A stretch of 64,000 nucleotides of DNA from Antedon mediterranea (lineage: Eukaryota; Animalia; Echinodermata): NCBI RefSeq assembly GCF_964355755.1, contig NC_092680.1, positions 9,548,001 to 9,612,000 on the forward strand, in the 5' to 3' direction. Shown here piece after piece: positions 1-13,400 of the stretch (the stretch's first letter is position 1; each line of letters starts with the position of its first letter). The notes under the pieces were generated by a model that had not been told where the DNA came from, ran no database searches, and was given only the letters and a program-made list of their open reading frames with translations. The position numbers were made by a program, and so were the translations under genes.

Positions 1-927
1 TTATGTATAATTTTTTTTAATCACAAACTCTACATAGAAAAGAAAATTAAATAATTTAAAATGAATGAAAAGTGATATGAATAATGATAAATTAAAGACT
101 ATTATTAATATTATAGTATTATACTAAAAATAAGACGAGTTGGTGGTGTCGAAATTCACACAAGTCACAATAAAACCATGGAGGTATAAAATATTTTATT
201 TTTATACCTCCATGCTAAAACCTTATTCCTTACTCCATGCTCACAGATGAATGTTATAGGCCTAATCCTATTTAAAGCTAGGTTGGCAATAACTATTAAT
301 AAGGCTTACAAGTTGTATCTATTAGTATTAGCTAGGCCTGCTACTCACTCAGGGTGAACCCTCAATCAGGCCTACAACTAGGCCTAGTACTACTACTACT
401 ACTAGACTAGCTACTACTCTAGGCCTAGCCAATAGATATGGGATAGTACACTAGATAGCCAGTACAGCTGTAATGGGCTAGCTAGGCTTCCTATACTAAC
501 TAACAAAGCTGCACCATAGAAACTACTACAGTTCTTACTTACCAATCTGCTAGGGCCTAGCCATAGTCTTTTCTTCAAGTAGGAGTTGTTTTTGTTGTTG
601 TTAAACTACAGAACTTTCCCACATCGTCGTCTCGCCATATCACGTCGTATTTTTTTTCTGATGACCTAGGGGTCACATACACGCACAAGAATCATACAAT
701 ATGCATAATTCATAAGCTAATTCAGGTCAAGGGTTAAATTAAACCGGAAGCCAGCTGGCTGCCAGCCAACCGACCGACTTCCGGTTGACTATTTTTTACT
801 TTAAATTACGATTTTCTAAGGTAAATAATTTTTTTTTGATCCAATTTTTTTCAAAGTGAATAACTTTTATGTATCATTAAAATGGCCTTTAAAAAAAAAA
901 AATTTTGTTCAGGGGGACAATACATCT
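1..927. mobile_element. Probable right end of a non-autonomous TTAA-targeting (Kolobok-like) DNA transposon; left end outside window
   Basis: Ends ...GGGGGACAATACATCT followed by TTAA (928-931), i.e. an AG terminus next to TTAA. A minus-strand GTAAGT donor near 540 resembles the layout of the Kolobok at 22197-25116. Partner TIR not visible. Confidence 0.4.
177..214. mobile_element. 38-bp palindromic micro-MITE (CATGGA...TCCATG)
   Basis: CATGGAGGTATAAAA...TTTTATACCTCCATG inverted repeat flanked by ATAAAAC / CTAAAAC (6/7-bp direct repeat). Confidence 0.55.
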
Positions 928-1350
928 TTAAAGTTTTAAGTGATTGAGTTTGATATTTTGAATCAATTTTGATTTTAGGCTGATCAGCCACTGTCAGTTT
1001 TCTTGAGTTTTATGTTTTGATTTGATGATTTAGTTTGAAGGCCATTAGAACGCGATGAGTTGTCGCACGATTTGATTGATGCATGTTCAATGTAACATAC
1101 TATTTTTAAGTTTTGTAATTTTATTTTTAACTGATTTATGTTTGATTTACGCGAATTTTATACCAAATTCAATTTTAATTTAATTTTTTTAAGAGAGAGA
1201 AGAGAGAGAGTGAAAGTGATAAGGTTACACTTCAGAGTCAATGGTTTTGGCTAACTCATTGCTTATATGTATAATAATGTTTTTTTTTCTTTTATATAAC
1301 TTTAATTTTGCATGCCACTATTATAACCATTTTTATATTTTAAATAGATT

Positions 1351-1945
1351 AGAAGAAAAAAAAGGGAAACAGAGGGATGTAATATAATGATATACTTTAT
1401 AATTAAGAAATTGACCTTTGTATCAGAATTCAAATAAGTTCACAAACTTGACCCAGAAAGTCCAGAGGAGAGTTTGTTCAGATGTTTTAATGACCATTTA
1501 GTTTATAATAGAATCCCTAAAGAAAACACTTAGCTTAATTTTGTGACTTTTCCCATCCTGGATCAACTTAGGACCAATAGTTACCCTCACAGATGACGTA
1601 GTGACATATGCAAATGAACCGAAGCCAATATACCCCCAAGTTTCAGAAGAGCCCAGACACACCTTACAGCCACCTCACGGAGCACACACCTCACAGCCAC
1701 TTCTTCAGAAGAACATCTACACCTTACAGCCACCTCATGGAACACACACCTTACAGCCACTTCTCCAGAAGAACACCTTCACACCTCACCGACAGCATCA
1801 CTGATCCTCCGTTCCTTATCCTTAGTCAGTTAGTTAGCTGTATCATTATTATCGTATCAAGTATTATACTGAATAAACAATATGTGTTACGACAGTTAAG
1901 CGAGTAAGAGTCTTCATTAGTACCTCAACACAACACTATATTACA
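1351..1945 (+). mobile_element. Polypurine tract plus 3' LTR (1378-1945) of an LTR retrotransposon
   Basis: Purine tract AGAAGAAAAAAAAGGGAAACAGAGGGA directly precedes TGTAATATA. The LTR ends TATATTACA (9-bp inverted termini). AATAAA near 1872. Confidence 0.7.
1661..1790 (+). repeat. 60-bp tandem repeat (two copies, built from 27/33-bp ACCTYACAGCCAC subunits) inside the LTR
   Basis: 1661-1720 and 1721-1780 align with few mismatches. Confidence 0.85.
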
Positions 1946-2285
1946 GTAAGGACCCAAAATCTGAGGTATGGATGTCTCATAAGGTCTTAAGTTCATTTTT
2001 AGATACTACTAAGGATATTAATGTCGTGGTCCGAACAAGCATGATTATAGTTAACATATGGTAAATCAGTTGCTTATATATATACAAGTTAAGCTTAGTA
2101 CTTACAAAATAAGAACATATCAATAGCTTAAACAAACTCTCAACCAAAACTGTAGTAACATAGCGAGAGCCAACAAAACGAACAAAAGACCCGCTCTGCT
2201 TACGCACGGTCTTTTATCACACAGTGTCACCTGTATTCCAATTACAGAATGACTACGCAGCGCCCTCAATACTCAATTCATCACA
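1946..2285 (-). mobile_element. Possible second (solo) LTR
   Basis: Minus strand starts TGTGATG at 2285 with GAGGGCGCTG about 20 bp in, and ends ...GGTCCTTAC at the junction with the first LTR. No TSD confirmed. Confidence 0.3.
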
Positions 2286-3453
2286 TTAAGCATAGAATTA
2301 TATTAGCAAATGTAGCATTTAGGCCTAACAACTTTAATAATGTGTGGCTTAAGAAAAATATTGCAACTGATTTGAAACTCAAGTTATATTATGTATTAGT
2401 TGTATCTATTTGATTGTATAATTGCAATAGCTGGTCTTCTCCCAAAGTTTTTATGAAAAATATTGATACCTGTCATAGGTCCCACACTATTATTAATGTG
2501 AAATATCCGAAAGATTAGCAATAATAAGTTATATTTGGTAACAAATACTAAACCTATATCTGAGATTGTAAATAAACTTAGGTGGTCTATGTTTGACCAT
2601 ATACTTGAATGAGTGAAGATACTCCTGCTTTTTCAGAATTGGTGTTTGGTATTGTACACTCTAATTCAATAAAATGGTGAATTGGAAAACATCAAACTAA
2701 TCTGTTAAGTACACTTAGAAATGATTTATTTATCAGAAATTTTAAGTTAAGTAATTTAAATGACTTATTTCATTTGCGTGAGATTGCCAGCAACAGAAAT
2801 AAGTGGCTTTTGTTATTTAGAATCATTATTTTTACGTTATTTTATATGTTTTGTTGTTGTAAGAGGCATGCATGTAAGAACAGATTTTGTACATCCACAG
2901 TGCATGGTTTTGTTACATTTTTTTGGAAATAAAGTTACCTATATAATATTATTAATCGCAATGGAATGAATAATGTCTTGTTAATGTCTAGCATGTTTTG
3001 TATACAGGATTATAATAGAATGTGTTCGCGTTTACGCTGTGTCGTTACTCTACTGCGTAAAGACGTATCGAAAGGTCGATTGCAGCCGTCGTCTTGTTGT
3101 TGGTTCTTCCCTTCTCCATAAATCACTTTTTGAACTCCGCCCTCTAGCCAATATTTAATTCCTCGATGGTATCCTCATGTTTTCGCAACAATAGCTAATG
3201 TATTGTACAACAACAAAAAGATAGCAATATAAAATGTGGAGTCCTAGTTAACTTAAAAGATGTTTAACTTTACTAACAATCGATAGCTTATATTTTAGAT
3301 AGTTTACAGGATACACTTGCCACATGATTTTTCCAATCAAGTTTCCGATCAATTATTATTCATAGAAATGTGGTCTATGTCAATACAATCAGCTTTATGA
3401 AACAATACATAGGCCTATTAGTAAATTACATATATTTGTTTTAAGTAAACAGT

Positions 3454-4215
3454 TAATAATAATAAATGAAAACTTATATAGCGCTGGTATCCTCCACCCA
3501 TGTGGCGCTCATGGCGCTTTGTGCATTAACAACGTGCGAGAACATCAGCGAATAGCGACGTCTTTAGGTTGGTCTTGAAACTGTTTAGACTAGTTGAGCA
3601 TTTAACTGTTGCTGGTAAGCTGTTCCATACACTTGCGGCCGCAACGTAAAAAGATCTCTGACCCCACTGATTTTTCGCTCTACGCTCTTGAAGAAGGTTT
3701 TGTGACAATGATCGTAGGCCTCTGCGGGATGATTCGTAACGATCCACAAGGTCAGATAAATAAGCAGGAGCACTGTCATTTAGGATCTTGAATACAAACA
3801 ACGCAAGTTTGTACTTAATACGTTGTTGAACAGGCAACCAATGCAAATCCATCAGGACAGGAGTTATGTGAGCGTTTGATTTTGTATAAGTTACAATTCT
3901 AGCTGCCATATTTTGCAAGCGCTGCAAACGTTGTATTTGAGATTTTGGTATGCCAAACAACAAGGCATTACCAATGTCAATTTTAGAAGTGACAAATGAG
4001 TGTACAATCAATTCAGCTGTTTTCTTGTTAAGATTACCGCGAATACGACCAAGGTTCCTAATCGATATGCATGCTGCTTTGGATACAGTTGTTATTTGTG
4101 CTTCCATAGTGAGATTACTATCCAGCATGATTCCCAGATTCCGGACCACCGATGAGGGAGCGATGTTAGAGTTTCCGATTCTGATATGTGTGATGTTGAT
4201 TTTGGAGATGTTACA
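3454..4215 (-). mobile_element. 5'-truncated L2-clade LINE (RT C-terminal region and 3' end)
   Basis: ORF 3526-4149 has VRNLGIMLDSNL, LQRLQNMAAR, HITPVLMDLHWLPV and WNSLP motifs typical of L2 ORF2. 3' UTR with AGCGC stem elements and a (TAT)n tail. Confidence 0.85.
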
Positions 4216-4369
4216 TTTAGACCCGACGATTTATTTAGACCCGGTTGATTTTTGGAGTGATTTATATAGCTGTTTTACTGTATCTTTTTGATTATTTTTA
4301 ATGTTCAAGAGAAAATTAAAGGCCATTAAAACAAAATCCAATGTTTTACTCTGTTTTCTGTTAACCATC

Positions 4370-5545
4370 TTCAGTTTCAGTTTCAGTTTCAGTTTCAGTT
4401 TTTATTTTCCAATAAAACAAGTGTCATGAATATATAGCAAAAATGGAAGGATGACCAAAAAAGAGCAAAGCTCGTACAGTATTTGGCCACCTTAACAAAA
4501 TAATTAAGACATGATATAAACATAATTGAAGCACAGGACGAGACAATACTAGCTAAACATGTTGGCATATGAACTCAAAGATAGTGCGATAAAATCAAAA
4601 AAGCAAAAGAACAATGTACATGTAAACATATTTGTAACACTCATTGATAAGTTAAGAGCAAATTATTTTTATACAACTTTTTAAATACTTTGACAGATGA
4701 TGAATTACGAATAGAAGCATCAATACTGTTCCATAAAATTGGACCATGTCCTCTGATAGTGTTTCTACCCATATCGGTAACAAAATTATAAGGACGATAA
4801 GTATCAAAGGACCTGATGCCATAATTATGAACTGAGTTTACTTTAACAAAATAATTAGAAAAGTTAGCTGGTAATAAATTATTCTTAAATTTGTACATGA
4901 AAACACCTTTTGATATCTTATGAATATCATACACAGTTAAGTTGTTAAGACTAGCAAATAATGGTGATGAATGCTCAAGGAATTGAGAATTTTTGCATAA
5001 ACGCATTATGCGCTTTTGTTTGCGATAAACAGTTTCAAGGCGACAGTTATTGTGGTCAGCCCAAATCAAGTTATGATATGAGGAAGGACTAGAGTCTTGT
5101 ATAAGGATGATAGAACATTGACATGTAAAATTGGTTTTAGCCTAAAAAGAATACCAGAATATTTTGAAACTAAGTTTGCAATATGGATTGTATGTTGATT
5201 CCAGGTTAAGCATTCGTCCATTATTACACCAAGAAATTTACAACTAGTTACACGAGAGATGTTATTATTATCAATAAAAATGTTAAGGTCATTGTAAACA
5301 CGGTTACTATATCTGTTCTTAAAAATCATATAATTAGTTTTATTAGCATTAAGCGATAACTTATTTGCTTTAAACCAACTCGAGATAGTCGAGAGATCGG
5401 AATTAACATTATCAACTAGACGGTTTAAAACATTATCTGAAATTAAAAGGTTAGTGTCATCTGCAAATATAAAATAAGATTGGAATGTTTACAGATGTTT
5501 GCTAAATCATTAATGTAAATAATAAAGAGTAGCGGGCCTAAAATC
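4370..5545 (-). mobile_element. 5'-truncated CR1-group LINE with (CTGAAA)n tail
   Basis: Minus strand reads LGPLLFIIYINDL..FADDT, then KFLGVIMDECLTW and HSSPLF..LWNSI (ORFs 5066-5329, 4641-5069). Microsatellite tail 4370-4400. Confidence 0.9.
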
Positions 5546-6899
5546 TTAATCTAACTTGTCATCCACATTACTCGTCTTCTACCCTGCTCCTCTTTCATTT
5601 TATCTTTCCAGTTAAATGAAACAAACCATCTTTCCTGAGTGTTTATACAACACCCTAAATTTGAAACCGTCTTTAATTTTTAGCGTGTTGCACGGGCCGA
5701 GGTCGACCCCACAAAAATCTTGCCGTTATACATGAAATAGTAATACCATGTTATACCGTAGTTCATAATCCTAAATTGTATATAATTATACTCGCATGCA
5801 TTTTGAATTAATATGAGTTTTATAAAGGATTTTAATAAAGGATGATTTTGTTTAAAATTTAGTTTATTCAGTTATTGAGTTTTTAAAGTTTTGAAATTAG
5901 AAATTAGGATAAAACTATGCTACATTTGCCAACATTTGATTAGCGTTATAATGTTAAGTGCTAAATCGGTTTAAAATATGCAAAAAAAAAGCACAATTAT
6001 CTACTAGATTTGGGCAACAATTTCACAGCACCTACTTTGATTTAACGATAGGTCAAAACAATAACCTCAGGACACGTCCAATTAAAATCGCATTACACAA
6101 AATCTCTTCGATGTTATACAACACACTTCTCGTAGGCGTGTTGAATATGCGTGTAATAACGTGTTGTATAAACGCGCCCATATGACTGAGGAATTTTAAC
6201 TGCGTTAACCTTATTTCCTTGATAACTTTCCTTTTCACATTAACTCCAGAACACCTCTTCATTGGTCAATGTAACAGCCTCTACTGTTGGGCGTATAGGT
6301 TTTCATTTGAACGAACAAATAAACAATCTTAGACAACTTGTAAACGCATCAAACACTTTATTCAATTCTCAAATGGCGATGGCCATGGCAACTTGCCGAT
6401 GTGATGAAGATCACGATAATGACGCTGATGATGATCAGCTATTGAATAAAGACTGACTTTACTGATGGTGATGATGGTTTCAACTAGAAACAAAGATAAT
6501 AGCATGTTTGTTATTATAACAAGCATTTACGTTTAAGTAGCTCTTACGGAGCTCCAAACATAACAGTAACAAACACTTCCGTGTAAATAGCTCTTGTATA
6601 GGGCCGTGCTCAATCAAATGAAACGAGCACCGTCCGCATCACTGGATTTCCTCCCATGACAAACGCGGGAGATTACAGGTTACAACATTGTACAACGAGC
6701 ATGAACATGCTTTCAATCTTGGCCACAAATAGGCCTACTACACTCAACGCACCATTTAGACGGCGTTCGGAGTCAAAATTAACTATAATATAACTTCAAT
6801 CAACTACTGGATTAATCCTAATTTTTTCTTATTATTATCACAATATTATTAATTAGATGATTAAAACTTACGTTTGTGTCTCTTTTAGATAGACCTACT

Positions 6900-7230
6900 C
6901 ATAGAACACATTATCTTTGTAAGCGGACATATTAGACAACTGTTAATTATAGAAGGCGCTAAACTAAAGATGAGCCGTAACAGTCACTTCATGAAATCCT
7001 CAACATTCTATTCAAAAACCACACTTCATAGATCTTTAGATACTTTCCACATTTTGATGTTATTGACCAGGCTTCGCTTCCACACATCAAGACAGGATAT
7101 ATAGCAGTTCTGCACTCTCAGTATGGTTGACAACCGATATTAACATTCCTCAACATGTTCTACAACTTGCAAAAGCAGATTTTGCCAAGACGATCCTTCT
7201 TTAGATCTCTCTATTACACCTTGCATTAAT
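6900..7230 (-). mobile_element. Old, frameshifted RTE-clade LINE fragment
   Basis: Across frameshifts the minus strand gives RRIVLAKSAF, GSEAWSI and EVWFLNRMLRIS, typical of the RTE RT C-terminus. Confidence 0.6.
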
Positions 7231-7351
7231 GTTTAGTATGACAATTTGTTTATATATATTATTTGATAGTTGGATATGACCTTGACATCATTATTGTACA
7301 ACATATTTTGTATTGTATTTCTGAATGACTGAATAACAACAGAAAGCTAGA

Positions 7352-7494
7352 AGCGTGGTTCACACAAGAACGCAACGCAGCGACGTATCGACGCAAAGTG
7401 TTGTATTGCGTAATCACAAGTGGGAACCAACGACACAATAGTGCTGCCAACATTGTAGATTGCGTTACGTTGCGTCGCTAGTGGGAACTACGCT
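7352..7494. mobile_element. PIF/Harbinger-like MITE
   Basis: Imperfect TIRs AGCGTGGTTCACAC..ACGCAACG / CGTTGCGT..GTGGGAACTACGCT. Confidence 0.6.
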
Positions 7495-8479
7495 TTATAG
7501 AGAGCGCTATCACACTGTATGGAAGGTCAATTCAGACGTCATGTAAAAATCACACTTTTCTTTTTGTTCTTCTTCATTTATTTGAGTTATTTATTATCAA
7601 AATGCAAAATAATGCAATAATTAATACCATATTCGTACATTTAAATTTCACTTTTTAATACGAACGCCAATGTCAACAATGACGTGTCATTCACTTTTGC
7701 CTGTTGACGTCATTTGTCAGCAGACGACGACGAAAGGTAAAACAAAAATGCGTAAAAAAACTTCAAATCAAATCCCAACTTTTATGCGACGCAACATCAA
7801 TAAATAATCTTTACATAATATTATAGAACCTACGGTAAGAATCTCGCTGACTACCAAGGTGAAATTTTACTGGACTATTACTATACTATTACTAATTAAT
7901 ACTACTTGCTTACGTGTTTAGACCTACATCAGACGGGCGAAAGAACCAGAGAACCTGATTATAGGCTATAGTCCTATAGCCTAGCCAAACTTAAACTTCC
8001 TTCCTTCCGTTAAATAAACTAGGATTCCGATGGTCCGTTTAGAATGAGCATGCTCCTTCCAATAAACAGAGCATCTTATCTTAAAAAATCATTATCATCA
8101 TCGTCATATTGACCGATAAATGGGACGTCGATGATTCCGTAGGTATGGTAGGCGATATTGGAGGCCTAGGAGGTCAAAGATGAATAGATTGGTTCCAGTA
8201 CGAGAACGGCTACCAGAATCTAGTATAGACAGAGTAGTAACAGTACAGTAATGCAGTCACCGGGTGATACATACGTTCGGAGAGTAAACCCCAGTTACAC
8301 AGCGGCCGGGTTCGCCCCAATAAACTTTCGCTGAGCCGATAGAGAAGCATTTGGATGTGTTTTTGGGGCATTATTTTTTTTCTATTTTGTTAAGGCAGAA
8401 ACTACAGAGGGCCTGAATCCTCACATGAATATTCTTGATGTGACGGCAAACCCTGGAAATTATTTTCACGCGGTAACCG

Positions 8480-9064
8480 ACAATGATCTATCATCGCGCT
8501 GCTAGGGCAGATAAAATGATAAAAACCATTAAAGAGGAAGGAGATTCAATTGCACTCCAATACGTTCTTGAAAGGACACAAGAATGGTCATATAAATGGT
8601 TGATGAAATTTAATGTAAAGAAAAGTGCTTCACTTTGGAAGAAAGGAAAATAAATCTAATTAGCGTCTAGGCAGTGAGACATTGTTGCCAGTGGCTGAAG
8701 AAAAAGATCTTGGTGTTATTGTCACAAGTGATTGTAAGCCAAGTCGGCAGTGTGCAACAGCAGCAGCTAGAACAATAAACAGTATGAGAACTGTGAAGAG
8801 GAAATTCAAAAACATTGACGTTTTCAAATAATGTACACGTCATATATTCGTCCACATATGGAATATAGCATTCAGTCTTGGTCCCAGTATTACAGTAAAG
8901 ATAAAGAATTATTACAGAAAGTACAGAGGAGAGCTACAAAGATGGTGAGTGGAAAAAGGGATCTACCTTACGAGCAAAGGCTAGACTATTTGGACCTCCA
9001 ACCACTGGAGATGAGACGATTACGTGGAGACTTAATAGAGACATTCAAGATTCTAAAAGGTGTC
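8480..9064 (+). mobile_element. CR1 LINE RT C-terminal fragment, cut by the LTR at 9065
   Basis: YTSYIRPHMEY..W..DKELLQKVQRRATKMV..L..LEMRRLRGDLIETFKILKG is canonical CR1 ORF2. Confidence 0.85.
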
Positions 9065-9475
9065 TGTGATATACCAAATAAAAAAAGAGTATTCAAACAA
9101 TCCAGTCAAGAGCTTGTAGTATTTGTATTCTCATATTCATAAACAAACGTTCCATTCAAGTGCTTTTATTTGTATTCTCACATTCTTATAACAAACTTGT
9201 GCAGTAGGCTATCATGTATCGCATTTATAACAAACGTTATTCTGTGTGTCTCGTTGTATATGTCCCGTTACCATTATAAAGGACTGACCATCTGCAGACT
9301 AATATGCAAATAATGCAACTTGCAGACTAAGTAGGCTATTTACATAAATAACTACGTAAACACTACATCACCCCACTCACCCAAGTTAGCACTAAGGTAC
9401 AACAAAATCTGGAGACTTTGTAACCCTAGATGAACGTCTAAGTACAGGGATGGGTTCAGGTTCATTAACTAATGG
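9065..9475 (-). mobile_element. 3' end of a Gypsy-type LTR retrotransposon: pol C-terminus, PPT and 303-bp LTR (9065-9367)
   Basis: Minus strand reads PVLRRSSRVTKSPDFVVP*, then the G-rich tract GGGTGAGTGGGG, then TGTAGTG...ATATCACA. Confidence 0.7.
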
Positions 9476-9642
9476 TTTCTGCCTCCAAGATGTACACTTT
9501 TCGGCAGAAACGGAGTCACTTGTTAGATTGGAGTGGGACCTTGATTGTTTTTTTAGTTCATATCGTTGTAATGCAAGGGGAGTCGCAATTTTTTTCAATA
9601 ATAACTTTCCCTACACTGTTACAAAGCATAACAAAGACAATG
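9476..9642 (+). mobile_element. Tx1/L1-clade LINE ORF2, piece 1 (AP endonuclease N-terminus)
   Basis: FCLQDVHF..EWD..CFFSS..NARGVAIFF. Joins piece 2 across an AATG TSD (KDN|DGNML). Confidence 0.85.
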
Positions 9643-10172
9643 CTCTTAGATTTGAACTTGACGAGTCGAATGATCGCATGAAGAAAATGGAACAGGAAAT
9701 CGAGGACATTAGGGAATCACTGGATGAAAGTGAACAATATTCCAGGAGGAACTGTTTGGTGATACACGGACTGGAGGAGAAAGTAGGTGAGAATACCGAT
9801 AATATTGTTACACAATTATTTAGTTCTAAGATGAACCTTACGGTGAATCATAATGACATTGATAGGAGTCACAGACTAGGCCCCAAGAAACCAAGTAACG
9901 GCAAGCCCCGGGGAGTTATTGTGAAGTTCGCTCAATACAATAAAAGAAATGAAGTTTATAAAGCAAAAAGGAAACTGATAGGTACCGATACCTTTATACA
10001 CGAGAACCTAACAATGAAAAGGATGAAATTGTTAAGAACCATCAAAACCCAGCATAATTCCGCCTTGACCGCAGTCTGGACCCAAGATGGACGCATACAT
10101 GTACTAACTAAGAATAATAAGAAGATTATCGTAACAAAATTTTCCGATCTCAACAAACTGCATTCCACCTAA
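9643..10172 (+). pseudogene. CR1 ORF1, 5'-truncated (coiled coil plus RRM-like region)
   Basis: EQYSRRNCLVIHGLEE, DIDRSHRLG, PRGVIVKF, FIHENLT and WTQDGRI motifs. Confidence 0.85.
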
Positions 10173-10436
10173 TTTACCGTGTGGTAGTACATTAAATGTG
10201 AAATTGTGAGATTTCTTGTTTTTGCCCTGAAACCAGAATTTTAACTATTGTATACATTATAGACTGCATTAACTGTTTGGTGTGTGTGCTTTATTGTGAT
10301 TCTTTTTATTGTAAATTGTGGTTTTTTTTATTATTGTATTGCTAACCTGCCGGTTTTTAGTCATTTATTTGAACGCCATTTTGCTTAACAGCTTTGGTGA
10401 ATTGATTATATTTTGTTCTTTTTCCAATACTACTTT

Positions 10437-13400
10437 ATGAGCACGACTCAATATGAAAATAAATCGAGTCCTACACATTCCATAGATTGCTTTGAAAGTG
10501 ACGAGGCTGGTTTATGCAAATATTTCACTCAAACACAACTAAATGAGCTACAGGCGCAAATTGATAACAATGGTATCTTTACAACGTTACACATGAATGC
10601 ACGTAGTCTTCCAAAACACTTCGACGAAATTAGCATTATGTTAGATACCATAGGTCGTGCGTTTGATGTACTTGGTTTCTCGGAAACCTGGATAAATAAG
10701 AACACGCCAATTGACTTATTAAATATCAATGGATACAATATGTACACTTGTAATAGAGAAGGTAGAGTCGGTGGTGGAGTTTGTCTATATTTAAAAGAAC
10801 AAATCAACACCGTAACACGTGATGATTTTGTATTTAATGATAACTCCATTGATTCACTTTTTCTAGAAATAATAAACACAAACGGCAAAAATAATATTGT
10901 AGGTATGTTGTATCGACCACCAAATTCAAACGTCAACTCATTTAACTCTGATCTGGAAGAAATCTTACATAAACTTAATCGCGAAAACAAAAACTGCTAT
11001 ATCTTAGGAGATTTTAATCAAGACTTATTAAAATATGACATTCAAAAAACAACACAGGAATTCACAAACATTATTTACTCAACATCTTTTAATCCATTAA
11101 TCAACTTACCCACCAGAATAACATCGTCTTCTGCTACAATTTTAGATAATATTATTACAAATGATGATAACATTTCGCATTGTGGAGTAATAGTCACTGA
11201 CATTACCGATCATCTACCCATTTTCATGACAACACACTTGTCATTAAATACTAACACACAAGCTCCAATTACAAAACAAAAAATAATTAATGATACAACA
11301 TTAAATAACTTGCTTATTGCTATTTCTAATGAGGATTGGGGTGAACTATATTTATGCACAGATACCAATACATCATATAACCTATTTATTAAAAAACTAT
11401 CCAATCTCATAGATAATAACATACCTACAAAAAGTAATAAGCCAAATGGTAATACAAAGAAAAAACCATGGATCACAACAGGAATTTTGATTTCAATAAA
11501 AAAGAAAAATAAACTTTATAAAAAATACCTTAAAAACCCAACACAATTATTAAAAAAAATATATAAAAAGTACAAAAATAAATTAACTCATTTAATTAGA
11601 TTTCTGAAAAAACAATATTATTCCAAAAAACTGGATGCAGCTCGACACGATTCAAAGCAAACATGGAAAGTTTTAAATGAAGTTCTAAATAGAAAAAAAA
11701 TCGAGTGTTAAGCCAAATGAGGTAATTAACCATAGTAATAAAACTTTGGTATGTGATCCAAAAGGTATGTCTGACGCTTTTAATGACTTCTTCTCCAACA
11801 TTGGAAATGAATTAGCAAACAAAATACCAAATGTAAACAATTCTGACTTTAAACAATAATATGAAAGAGAGTCAATCCCAATCCATATTTTTCAATCCTA
11901 CGAATGAAGAAGAGGTCATTGAAATAGTTAGTCAAATCAAAAATTCAAATTCAGAAGGTGTTGATAACTTAAGTAATCGCATTCTAAAACATATTATTGC
12001 TGCTGTGGCATCTCCTCTTGTACATATCTTTAACCTCTCTCTTGAGACAGGCATGGTCCCTGATAGTATCAGGGGCGCAGCCAGCAAAGAATTAAAGGGG
12101 GGGTCAACCAATATGTGAGTATTTTGCGAGCGAAGCGAGCAACCATGGGCTGGGGGCCAGGGGGCCGCCAAGGGCCCCCGGTTGGGGTCCAGGGGGCGAA
12201 GCCCCCTGGAAGCTTTGGCGGTCTAGGGCAATCTAGATCATTTGAATCGGTTTACGCACACACAAATATGACAATGTTAACACTAATAAACTGAAACAAA
12301 GAAAACAAAAAACAACTCTCATTTTCATTACAGAACATTTTTATATTCCAGGCTGCCACAGACAAACACTTTTTTTCTTGCTTGTTTGTTGATTTGTGTA
12401 GAGAGGCTGTAAACTCAGGAGGAATTATTTGAATTCCTCCCTTTTCACCAATACAAAAGTTGCATGAAATGAACGTGAGATGCAAAAGTTTGAAAAAAGA
12501 AATTAGAATGATAGCATGGAGGGAGTGATATTATTAAATGAGAACCGTAATGTTAGAGTTCATACACTATGCAAGTCCAAGAAGCTATCTTGGCTCCGTG
12601 TGTATGTGAGACGCTTATCATACCCAGTACATACAATATTTTGTTTAAAAATATACCTATTTTGTTCGAATGTATAGTATAGGTGATAGCTTATACATAA
12701 TTGTAATAACTAACTTCTAAATTATTATCATACATTTTACGTTAGTTACTATAACGGCGCTCTTGACATCGCGTGATGCATCTTTAAACATAAGTTTGGA
12801 ACATTCTTCTTGGCTTGGAGACAGAATTCGCGAATGACATTCTCTGTATTAATGTTCATGTTAAAGTGTATGTTCATGAGGCACAATCCCGAAAGCTGCT
12901 CATAAGACATGTGATTTCCCAAACAGGTTTTCGTTCTTCATAAAGTCGAAAAACTCCGCTCAGCTTAAGCAGACGTTACGGGCATAGGCCTACGCGATTA
13001 GAAGAAGTGCACACACATTCGGGAACACATCTGGATCCGCTAATTTTACACAGTCGCTTCCATCACTGAAGCTCGGAATGAAGATGTTCGTGTCTTGGCA
13101 GATCATCGTACCAAATTCAAGTTCCTTGAAGACTTCTTCAACATTACACTTCACGATAGACTCGGGTGCTACGCCAAATATTTTAAAGCATGGCCTGTTA
13201 TCGGCAGAAAAACGGGTTTTTTTAACTCGGTTTGTAATCAAGAAGTTGATTTGGTAATACTGCTCGGTAGTAATCTTCCACAGTATCTCCAGGATGATTT
13301 TATCTGTATTGTTGTCTCATGTTTTTATTTATTTTTTCTAAAAAAAAGGGGGGGTCAGGACCCCCGTGACCCCCCCACTGGCTGCGCCCCTGAGTATGAA

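Noticed and set aside
1601-1907. Pro/His-rich repeat ORFs
   Set aside because: They are translations of the tandem repeat inside an LTR.
5958-6456. Short ORFs as host exons
   Set aside because: No recognisable motif or convincing splice framework.
9450-10172. 240-aa ORF as a novel gene
   Set aside because: It is a chance in-frame chimera of antisense Gypsy sequence, Tx1 endonuclease (9476-9642) and CR1 ORF1; the junction carries a TSD.
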